NCBI RefSeq assembly: GCF_963921235.1
Contig: NC_086128.1
Location: 33,728,001-33,792,000 of the forward strand
From: Mobula hypostoma
Taxonomy: Eukaryota
DNA length: 64,000 nt
Reading direction: 5' to 3'
How positions within the stretch are numbered: position 1 is the stretch's first letter; the number at the start of each line of letters is the position of its first letter. The notes under the pieces are model-generated. The model ran no database searches, was not told the origin of the DNA, and saw only the letters and a program-made list of their open reading frames with translations. Positions 27,905 to 40,068 of the stretch are shown here, piece after piece. Position numbers and translations under genes: made by a program.

Positions 27905-28525
27905 AACTCAGGTTCAAGTTTATTATCATCTGACTGTACATATTAAACAACGTTCCTCTGGACCATGGTGCACCCACAATACATATATCACACACAGCAC
28001 TTGTATATAGCTAGGGTGCCTAAAACTTGCACAGTAATGTATTTGTCAATGTGGAGCAGACAGCAAGATTGTAAATCTGGCGGGAGTAAAGGATATTGGA
28101 AGTGGCAAGGGTGGAGCACCACATGAGGAGTGTGGGACAGGTAGCAGAGAAGGAGTACCAGGGGCGGGAAGTGGCGTGGGTACAGACACATCCAGCCCTG
28201 AGACACCAGGCAAGGACATTTGATTCCAAACAATTGGTTTATTGCTCATTACAGAGTATCTTTCTGGTGCTTCCTGCTCCCTCCCCTCTTCCTTGCCCTT
28301 TTCCCAACTGTGATTCCCCTCTCCCTGCCCCCTTCCCACTCTCAGACCACAATTGAGACCCATATCAGAATTGGATTTATCATTTGCATAAGTCATGAAA
28401 TTTGGCTTTTTTTGTGTGGCAGCAGTACAGTGCAATACATAAAATTATTACAATACTGTGCAAAAAACAAAGTCTTGGGTGCTCTAGCTATATATGTATG
28501 TGCCCAAGACTTTTGGGTAGTTCTA
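27905..28525. repeat. Composite dispersed repeat with short MITE-like inverted ends
   Basis: tatatagctagggtgcctaaaacttgcacagta (about 28005) is mirrored by tactgtgc...gtcttgggtgctctagctatata (about 28455-28495). The body is homologous to 2980-3350. Confidence 0.55.
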
Positions 28526-28699
28526 TAAAATAAAATATTACCACAAATAAGTTAAAATATAATTCAAAATACAAAACTGCAGCACTGTCTTCACTTGTAA
28601 GCAAATTACAGCAATCTAATCACGCAAGTGCTTGGCAATACAAAACTATTTATCTCTCTTCCAAAAGACTACCTCTTCCTGAGAATGATAGTCTTCCAC

Positions 28700-29250
28700 T
28701 CTTGAATGTGGGAAGTTGCATGGTGGTTGTCCGTCATGTCTGACGATGACAGGAAACCTGTGCAGGAGAGTTTTTAAAGTGGAAAAGCTGTTGTTCTGGG
28801 TCAGTTCCACTCTCTCGACCTTACGAGTCCGGCGGTACAAACAAGTGTCACAAACAAAGGTCCTCCTTGGTTGCAGTGTATGACCTTGACATCTCCTGTG
28901 CCTTGTCATCGTGCCCTTGGCTCTCTAGGGAGTGTTGCAGTATTGCTTTCCCGGCTGTTGGATCTCACTGTAGATCTCATCTGCCCAGTTTGCCAGAGCT
29001 GCCTCTGCATACCAGAACAGGTATGTCACTATCTCACTGGGGTGTGAGGCCACCCTCACCTGGTTTAGTGTCCCCCTTGAAGCAGCATACTAGGGTGTGG
29101 CTGCTGTCACATGCAAACAGCTACTTGGAGTCACAGGTGAGAGCTCAATGTCTGGTGGGGACCAAAGGTGAGTGAACTGCCCCAGAACAGGCATGACAAG
29201 CTCTTTCACCAGAGGTGCTACCCTTCCCTGGACACCTCATATACCCCAAG
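28700..29250 (-). mobile_element. Probable internally deleted RTE-type retroelement
   Basis: GC-richer island in an AT-rich intron; tggttgtccgtc...gatgac resembles a reverse RTE 3' end. Family assignment is from pattern recognition only. Confidence 0.4.
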
Positions 29251-30277
29251 TGTAGTTGCGTAGGTTACATTTAAACAAGTAGTGATTAGGAAAATCAAGC
29301 CACTGTTTTGTAAACAAACTCTTTAATATTTTCTGTTGTCTTTGTTGAGTCACCTGCCTGGAAACAGTCAGAGAACTCTGCCTAAATGAAGGAATAGAGC
29401 TATGTGGCACAATAGCTAAAGAAACAGGAAGTAGAAAATTACAATGGGGCACTGGTAGGTTAAATAAATGGAAAGCAGTGGAGGAGCAAAGAGACTCAAG
29501 GTCTTTGAACAATAATTACAAAAAAATTATAACATTAAGAAAATATTATCTTTTATCTTGATCAGATTTGGACACAATATTCATGTTACAGTTCTATAAA
29601 CTGGTTAAATCTCAACTAAAATACTGTAACACATCAGGAAGGATCTGGCCTTGGAGGGGGCAAAATGCAGATTCGCTAGTACAGAATGGGGACAACAGAA
29701 TGCATAGGCTAAGGTTGTATTTTCTTGAATGCATATGACTGAGTATATATTGTTATGTTTAAAGTGATTAGAATATGATAGAATAAGTCTGAACCATTTT
29801 TTTTATAGATGGGAATCCAGAATAAGAGCTTATTAGCTTGGAATAAGAGAAAGGTTGAATGTAATGATTTCAGGAAGCATTACTTCAATAAAATGTTTTG
29901 GCAATCTGAAAGACCTACTTCTGTTCAAAATAGCTGAGGTAATAGTGCTTGCATTTTGTAACAAGCTGAGCTAATCACCAACTGTCTGATGACTATAACA
30001 TCCATGTTCTTTCTCTCAATAGTTTACTTCTCACTATTCATCCCCACCCCACCCAAATAATTAAGTAACTGAGACGTTTCAAAGTTTCAACTTCATTATT
30101 TAAATGTTACTTTAATTAGGGCTGCTACCTAAATAGAATGTTTGTTGTCATTGATGTCTTATGGTACCTGGAATTGTCTTACTAAATATTTACTGCCTCC
30201 ATTCTGTTCCCTTCTGATCAACTGTTAATTAATCTATTATGTGATCTCAGTTTCTAGAAGCCAAGAGTTGCCTATAA

Positions 30278-31183
30278 GGCTACGTCCACACTAGACCGGA
30301 TAATTTTGAAAACGCCGGTTTCGCGTAAAAACGATAGGCGTCCACACCAGGCGTTTTTTAAAAATATCTCCATCCACATTAGAACGGATATTTGGGCGAA
30401 TCTCCTCCTACTGGGAATGCGCAGGACACACAGAAAACAAGCGAAGAGGAAACGGTATACTTGGTGCGCATTTGTCCAGTTACAGACTAGAAAAACTTAA
30501 AAGGAATCGCTGTTGGCTTTCGTGCAGGAGGACTTAAAAACAAAAAAAACACATACTGGAGCAGATGGAGGCAACCGACAGGGAGTTCACGGACAGTATG
30601 ACCCGGCTGATGACGAACATTGAAAAACTGACTAACTCTGTTGCATTAATAAAGCACCTTGTTAAATGTATAAAACATGTCTGCATCAGTGTTATCTTGT
30701 ATTTCCATACAACTTTACGTTAGGCTGTTACACATCTATTGTCAGAGAAGTACTTGCATAAATAGGTAAACCACCTTCATACAAGCAAGGATATAAAACA
30801 GGGCAAAGTGAGTATACTTATTTATTTAGTAAGTTATGGGTTAAAGTATTTGGTGAGTACATTTCTAACTCTTCTGTCTTCAGTCTCATTGCAGTCTGTT
30901 CTGAAATTGTTAGGTTGTGTGGGGTGTTGCGTTCGAGAAAACAATGAAATGCCGCACTGCCACCATCTGTTCCGGCACGTCATGATGCGTTTTTAAAAAT
31001 ATCTGTTTACCCTGTCCACACTTCTCTGCACAATCGGCGTTTTCAAATTTACACACACTGGAGGGCGTTTTAGAAAATATCCATTTTCGGGGGAGGAAAA
31101 CGCCGGTTCAGTGTGGACAAAGGGTCAAAACGAAGAGAAAAAGCTTCGGTTACGGATTTATCCGGTCTAGTGTGGACGTAGCC
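30278..31183. mobile_element. Non-autonomous PIF/Harbinger element
   Basis: Perfect 26-bp TIR ggctacgtccacactagaccggataa; TAA on both sides (30275-30277, 31184-31186); CpGs retained. Confidence 0.9.
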
Positions 31184-33749
31184 TAAGTTTCCTAATGACA
31201 GTAATCAGAACTTTTTTTTTCATAGCTTACTGGTTTTGTGATACTTTGAAGACTCATTTTATCCTAAGGTTATGACAAATGTTTTCTAAATTCAAGCTTT
31301 TTGTCTATTCATTAGTTTAAATATCTAAAAATGACCTGTGCAGCTTTTTTCCTTATTCACCTTTTCCTTGCATGGTGCATGTTAACCCAAAGAAACTGCA
31401 CCCTTTTAGACAGTATGATATTGAACCAGTCTGTTAAATATCCTGGACTACTGTATTTTTCTTCTTTGAGAGCATCTTGATCTGTTCTGCAATTGAAAAG
31501 TCCTCATCTTACAGTCAATTGTTGCCACAGAAAATGTGCACGGCTGTACCATCTGTCATTGAAAGATGTTCTTGGGTCTCAATGACTAAGATTGGCTCTA
31601 AAGTGGGAAGTTGGCTTTCTTTGTAGAACCCCTGCTAGATTATCCTCGCAGATGATGTGTACTACTTCAGTGTTGTTGTTGCTGTTGTTACTCTCTTTCT
31701 TGGCTCGTCATTCCAAATTTGCTGCTTTTTCTCCTTTAACCAGTAGAGAAAAACAATTTTGACAGCCAGGTAATGTTTACTGAGAGTTTGTGGTTGGACA
31801 CTGTAGGAACATTCTGCTCACATCAAATGATATCAGTTTCTCTCAAACATCAAGCCCTTGAGGTATTATTCAGGTTACCTGAAGAAATGTTCAAAGTGGC
31901 GGATGCAAAGTCATTGACCTTCACTGGGTAAACATGTACTGGGTATCTTTGTTCACCTGTGAGCACTGTATCTGCTACACAGATTAATGCTAGGATGTTT
32001 TCTAGCCTTATTTAGAAACAGCTGCCACCAGCCCCCAAAGGTGTGGATTTTTCTGTGACAGTGGTTCCCAAACTCATGCTCCAGCTAGCCACATACTCTT
32101 ACCAGCATATGTTTTGTATTTTATCCCTTGAATCCCTCAAGTCTTAATTTTATTCTTTTGTTTAACATTATTAAATACTCCTTCATGGAAGCTTATAAAG
32201 TCCACATTAATTAGGGCTAATGTGTGTTATGTAATATTTAATTACAGTAAATATCCTTGATGGTATCCAACAATGAAAATTAAATCAATTGCTTATCGTA
32301 TATACAACCCTGTTTGTTTTGTTTTTAAGGGTACATTTTCTACATATTGAGTATCTCTTGCATGTTGCAGATAGTTTGGAAATTTGCCCATAAAACCACC
32401 TAATATCTGGAGGCCTGACCTTTGGTCTACTGAAATAAGTTGATATCCCACCATGACACAGGAAATTTCAATGTATTTAAATATCCAAGCTGTTATTAGT
32501 AATAGTAGCCATGTTATTGTTGTGACCAATTCGTCACTGTCATTCAGGGAGTAAATTCTGTCATTTTTACTCAATCTGGCCCTTGTGTGACTCCAGATCT
32601 ATTGGTATGCTTGACTCTCGACTAGCCAACGAAACCACCCAGCTCGTCCAATCATTTTGAGGTGCGGCCTTGCAATATCCATATCCAGACAAATTAAACA
32701 AAAACAATTAAGTTGGACTTTGATGCAGCCAAGACCTAGATTTTATACTTTCGTATATAGGGTACGTAAAAGTGCTGTCCAGATTGTTGGAACCCCAACA
32801 CTCACCAGTCTTCAATCTCAGTCTGTTTCTAATAGATATAAACCAATGTGACTGCATTCAAAATCTTTCTTAAAGGAATCATGTGGTAGAAGGTTCATAA
32901 TACTCCATTTAAAATGTTCCCTCCAAGGTTGAGACTAAGGCAGGCAAAGGATTAAAAAGTGGAGTCTACTTTATTCATTTGAATTTTAATCTCGATCTTT
33001 TAGTGCACAATACTGGCAAGCTGCTCAAAATATCCCAATTCTGAACCATAATTGGAGCCAATTATAACAATTTGACTTCCTTTTAACTACAGTATGAACA
33101 AAGTGTAGAGATGGTAAATATAAAATTTTGGCATAATTGGGGGTTTATGTAAGAAGACTGATTGGAAGCTCTAATTTGTAGTGACTGAGCACCACATACT
33201 GCACAGAATGTTTATTTAGATGTATTAAAAGTTATTTTACATTGTGGGCACAATTCTTTTGCCAAAAATTACATTATGATATACTTTATATAGTTCCTGG
33301 TAATATCTTGCTCATTAGCATATGACACATGCTTGCTCTAATTTTAGATAATGCTGTGACTTTCTTTCCAATTTATATTCCTTTAGAACATAATTTCGGA
33401 GGCTGAGCTACATTTTACAGAAAAGCTTTATAGTGTCATCTGGTAAAATGATTCCATATCCAGTTATGAACATTTTAATCATTTACTTACCAGATGCCAA
33501 TGAGCAGTTACCATGGGCCAAACACTTGCTTCCTCCCATGAATCCATGAATCTTAAAGAATCAAGATGAAAAGTGCTATCTGATTACTCTTGACTAATGA
33601 CTTTCTCCAAATCATTTTGTTAAAATTCTAGCACACTTTCTCTGGTGCTTTAATATAATTTGTGGTAGGGCATCATTTTGGGTTGCAACTACTGGTGCAA
33701 AGTTTTTTTTTGCTATTGGATTTGAGGAAAGGAGTTGATGCGCTGTGAT

Positions 33750-34190
33750 TTCAGGAAAGAAAGGGGTAACATATGAGGAGCATTTGATGGCTGTAGTGGG
33801 GGTGGGGCAGATCTCATTGATACCTATCGAATGTTTAAAGGCCTAGGTAGAGTGGATGTGCACAGGGTGTTTCCTATAGTGGGAAAGTCTAGGGTCAGAG
33901 GGCACAACCTCAGAATAAAGGACGTCCCTTTAAAACAGATGAGAAGGAATTTCTTTAGCCAGAGGGTGGTGAATCTGTGGATTTCATTGCCACAGACAGC
34001 TGTGAAGGCCAAGTCATTGGGCATGTTTAAAACAAAGGTTGATAGTTTCTTAATTAGTAAGGGTGTCAAAGGCTATGGAGAGAAGGCAAGGGAATGGAGT
34101 TGAGAGGGATAATAGATCATCCATGATGGAATAACACAGCAGACCTGATGGGCTGAATTCTGTTTAAGGTCTTATGATTTCTATAACATC
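33750..34190 (+). mobile_element. CR1-type LINE 3' end
   Basis: ORF 33831-34103 RGHNLRIK...RRNFFSQRVVNLW. Confidence 0.85.
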
Positions 34191-34699
34191 TTGAAGCAAT
34201 TCCATGGAAGCAGATACAGGAGGTTGTCAGTGTGTAGAAGTATGCAGAAGGATTAAATGATGGGTAAGAGGGTTGCACTCATTCATATAGATGGGCTACA
34301 AATTTAATAGATAGAGTAGACAGTAATTGAAGATGGAAATTTGCTTTTGAAATGCATTTGTGAAATCTGGACAGTGATTGAGATGTGTGATTAATGACAG
34401 ATTTGCAAGACTAGTGCTGAGAAATGCAAATAGACCAAGTGAGAATTTTAGCAGGTGAGAATGCAGAGGCAGAATTAGTTGTTTTTGTAGATCTACAAAC
34501 AAACAGTCCTACCAATATAGTGGTGCAAATATGGGGCTGTCAGATTTCTGAAATTTGAAGGAAAATCCAAAAAGGAACCAGAATGGAAGGATTGTGAGAG
34601 AAAGTAGACAAAGCTCAGAAATACCCACATTCTGAGTAGCAAAGTAAGTATGGGGGAACAAAAAAATCTGATCCTACTTCTAGTTCTGATATTCTTAAA

Positions 34700-35020
34700 G
34701 TGGCCAAAGTGCTACATCTGCCCATTCACCTCCTCCCTCAACTTCATTCAGAGCCCCAAATAGTCCTTCCAGGTGAGGCAACACTTCACCTGCAAGTCTG
34801 CTGGGGTCGTCTATTGTATCCAGTGCTCTTGATGCAGCCACCTCTACGTTGGCGACACCCGTGGTAAATTTGGGGACCACTTCATTGAGCACCTCCGCTC
34901 CATCACCTAAAGCGGAACTCACCAGTAGCCCAATATTTTAATTCTGACATGTCAGTCCATGGCCTCCACTTGTGCCAAAATGAGGCCACCCTCAGGGTGG
35001 AGGAGCAGCACCTTGTATTC
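34700..35020 (+). mobile_element. Penelope-like element GIY-YIG endonuclease remnant
   Basis: Manual + translation FQVRQHFTCKSAGVVYCIQCS*CSHLYVGDTRGKFGDHFIEHLRS shows the VVY...YVG..T..R..EH signature, with stops. Confidence 0.8.
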
Positions 35021-35595
35021 AAACAAACCATACTTTGTAACTCCAGCTCAGTGGGTAAAATGAATGGTGTAGATCTGATTTGTCAAATAAAGGAAGCTCA
35101 GTTGATTTTCTCCTCTAAGGAAGAGAAAATGTTGTTCAATAGGTACATTTAATGTCAGAAATATATACAATATACATCCTGAACATCCATGTTGTATCCC
35201 ATATGTTCATGCAAGTAGCTGAGGGAATCACATCTCAAAATGTGTTATTCCACATCAATGGTGCCAGTTGCAATTCTAGTGAAAATTTTGTAATTCTGTG
35301 GAATAGTGTTTAATTCATTTTTCTAAATATTATTAGTCTGAGAATTTTCTAAATTCCAAGTTAGCTGAAGCTCTAAGTAGGGTAGTGAACTTTTGGAAGT
35401 CCCAGTTGTGCTTGTCAGAGGTATACAGACCAGTAAATTTAGGAACGTGATTTGTGCTAGCCTTCTGAATGGAAACACTGGCATCTTGTCTGTATTGCTG
35501 TTCTGTCAGTTCAGTTTATCTTCATTCCAGTATTTGCTGCAAGGTAAGAACACTGAATGTATGCATATATAATTCTTTTTCCCTTCTACCTCCAG

Positions 35596-35747
35596 GGAAT
35601 GTATATATTTCTGCACACCGTAAAGGGAACGCCATTTGAAACTCCAGACCAAGGAAAAGCACGGCTGTTAACCCACTGGGAGCAGATGGATTACGGAGTG
35701 CAGTTTACAGCCTCGCGCAAATTCCTTACTATCACACCCATTATCTT
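35596..35747 (+). CDS. ORMDL3: ORMDL3 coding exon 2
   Basis: ctccag|GGA ATG: [50 protein letters not shown]; donor TT|gtgagt; 152 nt. Confidence 0.97.
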
Positions 35748-36521
35748 GTGAGTTTGAGATATAATCTTTGAAGACTGAATCAGCTCGTGGAATTGTGACC
35801 AATCTGGAACTTGCAAGTTTTTTTTTCCTTTTAACATAACTTTGCTGAAATGTCAATTCTGTAAAATCTAAAAGAACATTTCCCTTTGTTCCTGTTCTCT
35901 ACAATACACCCCAAAATGTTTCAGTGCCGGAAATCCACCTTGCATAATCTTGGGCTGCACACTTCAAAAATTTAAGAACAGCTCAACCAGAAATACATTG
36001 AGGACATTACAATCTCTCAAACCAGAGAAGTTGGTGGGAGGGTAAATAGGTTATACTACTGGGAAGATTAGATTTGTGGTGACGCATTGGCATGGAGTCC
36101 ACCATATTCTCTGGATATCCTCAGTTATATTTGCAGTCACTCCTTGGATGTGATAGTCTCTGAGCTTGATAACTTGATAAGATGGTTCTCACAGGATAGC
36201 AGTAAAAGTGGTGAGTTTTAGGAAGATACTAAGACCCACTGCACCATGTCACAAAGTGCTTGATAGAAATAAGGGTGGATCAAAGGCTTAACAAAATTAT
36301 TTCATTATTGCCTGTCTTAATTAGTGTCAAGTTTAAACTTATGTTGAGTATCCAAAAATTTAAGCAAGGTATTTATCAAAATTAGAAACCATATGAGTGT
36401 TAAAATTTGGCAAGTTTCTACTGGTACCATAGAAACCCATGAATTATATCTTGGGCTATTAAATGAAAATGCTACAGATTCTGGGAAGGTTTTCATGCTT
36501 TTTGTCTTTTTTCAAAAACAG

Positions 36522-36657
36522 GTATTTTCTTACCAGTTTTTACACAAAGTACGACAAATTACATTTTGTTATAAATACGATTTCGTTGATGAGCGTCCTC
36601 ATCCCAAAACTCCCTCAACTTCATGGAGTCAGAATCTTTGGCATCAACAAGTACTAA
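36522..36657 (+). CDS. ORMDL3: ORMDL3 last coding exon
   Basis: aacag|G TAT: [11 protein letters not shown]...[17 protein letters not shown]. Exon lengths 174+152+136 = 462 nt give 153 aa plus stop. Confidence 0.97.
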
Positions 36658-39600
36658 AAACAGCAATGTCGGCAAGTAAGAAAGAAAAAGCTATTGGGCC
36701 AACCAGCAGCAGAAAGGACACATCACGATGTTTAGATGTTTATATTCTACATCCTTCAAACTCTTAGCATGGATATTTTATTATGATTGGTATATTTGTG
36801 AGTGAAGCAGCTCATTTTGCTTGCTGAGCTATCACATTAAATATTTGCAGTGCTTGGAACAGGAAGCCTGCTTTTTTTATTACTGCCTGTAGATCCCATT
36901 TTCTCAAATATTTTTGATTCTTTGGTTGCCATATTAAGTTACGGAGATTTTGATATAGTAGACATTTAGTTGATGTGGGGTGTGATTTTTACTGTCCATT
37001 GACCAAACAGTTATCAAAGTATAACTTGTAAATATTGTAATGGAAGTAGACCTATGAAGGTACACAGTTTGAATGATATTTTAGAAAATGTGTTTTCATT
37101 GTCATAATGGAGGCAACAGGTGAAAAATGTAATATCAAAGTATTTGGTGCTCATGCTCCAACACGGCAGAATTAGGGGCCTTTACTTTGTTGGGGTACTT
37201 GTAAACATGGTCTATATGGCATAGGTGCCCCTCAAGAAACAGTGCTGGTCTTACTGTGCATTTTAATTGCTTTTTTTTTGCAGATTATTTATTTTCTTTG
37301 ATCTCATATGTTCAGTGTTGTACGCGAAAATTACTAGGGAGAATGTAAAACACTAGTAAGGGTGTGTTTTGAAGCACAGCTCATGAATATTTGATTTAAG
37401 AAGGTGGCTTCTGGATACATTTTCTAAAATATATAAAAGTGTTATGTAATACAGAGCCCATATGTTAACTGAGGACAAGTGGGGCTGGATGATTAAACTT
37501 ATCTACCCAAGATATAGAGAATCTCAAAGTGATTTATTTTTTTAAACATACATAAATCAGGATGTTAATTGTTGGAATACTGTAAAACTTTAGCAATCAT
37601 GCAACTTTCCTGTAAATTTGCCTTTTTAAAAAAAAAAAAATCTGTACCTATTCTGTCAGAGTATATTGTAATTTGACTGATTGAAAAATGCGGTACAATT
37701 CTCATTGATTCTCTTTATTACGAGATGATAGTGATGTACCTGACTTTTGTATTCTTATAAAGTACCTGCTGCAAACTTGAAGTACAGGCTAGTACATTCA
37801 GCTCGTCCTCCTTGAAGTCTGTTAGGACTACAAAAAATAATAGCACTGTGAATCGTGATTTTTAAGCAATAACATAGGGGAAAAAATACCACAACAAAGG
37901 ATCAAAGATAAGTCTGGACAGTGAAGCCTTGTGTGGTATAGTATATAGCTTGCTGGACCTGTCTTTAGTGATGGTAATTTGAAGCCAGCACATCCTAAGA
38001 GCCATTTTTCTATCGAATCATTTTAAAAAGTCCTGAAATTCTGGAATTGTTCAATTTGATGCAATTTGACAAAAATCTATAAGCCATTAAATTCACTGAT
38101 TGAGGAAATGTTCTCACAATTGAACATAACCTGATTACAATGCTGTTACAGACAAGAGGTTACAACATTTTTCTTTAGAAGATGTGGATTTTTTGCTTTC
38201 CTTACTGGTGTCAAAGACAAAAATGCTATCATCCATTCAACCAACTGATTCATTTCAAAAAAAAAAGATTAGCAGCTACCAACATGTGGGTATGAAGCAG
38301 AAAATGCATCCTTTTCAGTTAGATCTCTGTAACTCAGATGGTGGTACAGAGCCCAGTCTCTTCATCTATAAATTATTGAAGATAAAAATCAACCTGTTGC
38401 TGCACTCTGTGAAGCAATCTCTTCTGAGGATATGTTTGTATGAAAGCTGGGCAGGACAAGCACTGAACTCTAATAATTCTTTACCCCACCCCCCCACACC
38501 ACCAAGGAAATTGCTATGAATGTGGGAATAACATGAAACCAAACCAACAACTGATGGATATACGTATAGTCACATGGGAGTCACAGCCACCTGAATAGTA
38601 ATTTGTGTATGGTACAGGACACCCATGAAAAGTTTGGGCATTTAAGCCAGCCTGAGAAAGGAAAAATTGGTGCACAGGGGGAAAATAGAGAACCAGTAAA
38701 CCAGTTCCTGTTCCCACCTTTGATTTTCCGCTGGCTATGAATGTGAATGATTACTACTTTTAAGTTGGACTTTCAAAGTCTTTAAGAGTACTAATCTTTG
38801 GATAAAATCTGCCATACCTTTTGATTTTAAAAATTATGCTTGCATTGGAGGGAGGGTTTTTTTTTCCCGGTTAGGAGCCAGCATGTCTACCAGTATAATC
38901 AAATGAGATTATACAGGTAGACATGTTTGGGGGGAAAAAACTTTTTCAAAAAGCGGGTAGACATAAAATATTTTTTTACATTTTCTGATTTAATTATAAA
39001 CCTATTTCTTGCACTTGTTTTTTTTTCATAGAAGAAAAGTTAAAGTTGCTCCATTAAAATATTTACAAGCTGACACCAGTCTGTTCCATTCTAAAGGAAA
39101 GCAAAAAGAGAACATTTGGACCTCAGGCTTTCATTGAAAATAAGATCCAAAACTGGATGACTTTCTTTTTTAAAAAAAATGCATTTTAATTTAAAAATCT
39201 GAAATAATATAGGAATTAAACCTTAACATCTGTAGCAGTTAAGCATGCCATTGCAGAGTTCCTGCATAAGCAAGGATCATGTACACAATCAGCTGCATTT
39301 TGACTATCAATTACTGAAGGTTACTTATTGAATTGCATTCACAAGCTACCATGAAGCTATTGGAAAATTTAGCTTTGTGTCACATTATGTAAATGCTAAT
39401 AAGGTGGTAGTGAAAATGTTAAATTTATGTATTCAGGGTTTGTTAACATTTTAAAATATTACTTTACTATACTATTTTGATTCCTTGTACGAAATAGTTA
39501 AAGCCTTGAATTTATAGATTTTGAATACTGGTAAATATGCTAAGGAAGGTTGTTTTATTATGGGTTCTGTATTGTCAAAGTATGAAAACTGGTAAAGTAC

Positions 39601-40062
39601 AGTATTTTTAAGTTTGGATCGTCTTTCTACTTCCAATATGTATCTTGTCAAATAGTAGCAGGTAATTGGGTGGTATGAGCAATAACAGTGCCAGTCCAAA
39701 GACAGCAAACATGGGCAAGTTCAGGATAACCCAGGGTCAAACTACTGCACTATTTTTATAGTGGCTATCAGAGGTACAGATTCCAAATTTACTTTGGTGA
39801 AATCTAAATAAATTGTGTGCCAGAGTGGGGATGTTTGGAATTTTATACCAGATGTGTTTATGAACTATTGAATTATTTGCATTGGGGACTAGTGTTTGAA
39901 CATTGTCATGTATTGTAAATAAGGGTTAATTGAGCATCTGGTGGCAAAAGGGTCTTGTAAGCCAACTGCCCTTCTCTGCAGATGATTTTCATCTATCATC
40001 TAGATCTTTATAAGAAAGTGTGAATAATATTTTTGATTCCTTTGTACAGTATTCTGATATTT

Positions 40063-40068
40063 AATAAA
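40063..40068 (+). terminator. Probable ORMDL3 polyadenylation signal
   Basis: AATAAA closing a 3.4-kb AU-rich stretch with no recognisable TE; upstream TGTA motifs; an alternative AATAAA at 39807-39812. Confidence 0.55.

Noticed and set aside
28739-28758. CTGACGA...GAAAC hammerhead-like string
   Set aside because: No stem II can form between the boxes; better explained as a retroelement 3' hairpin.
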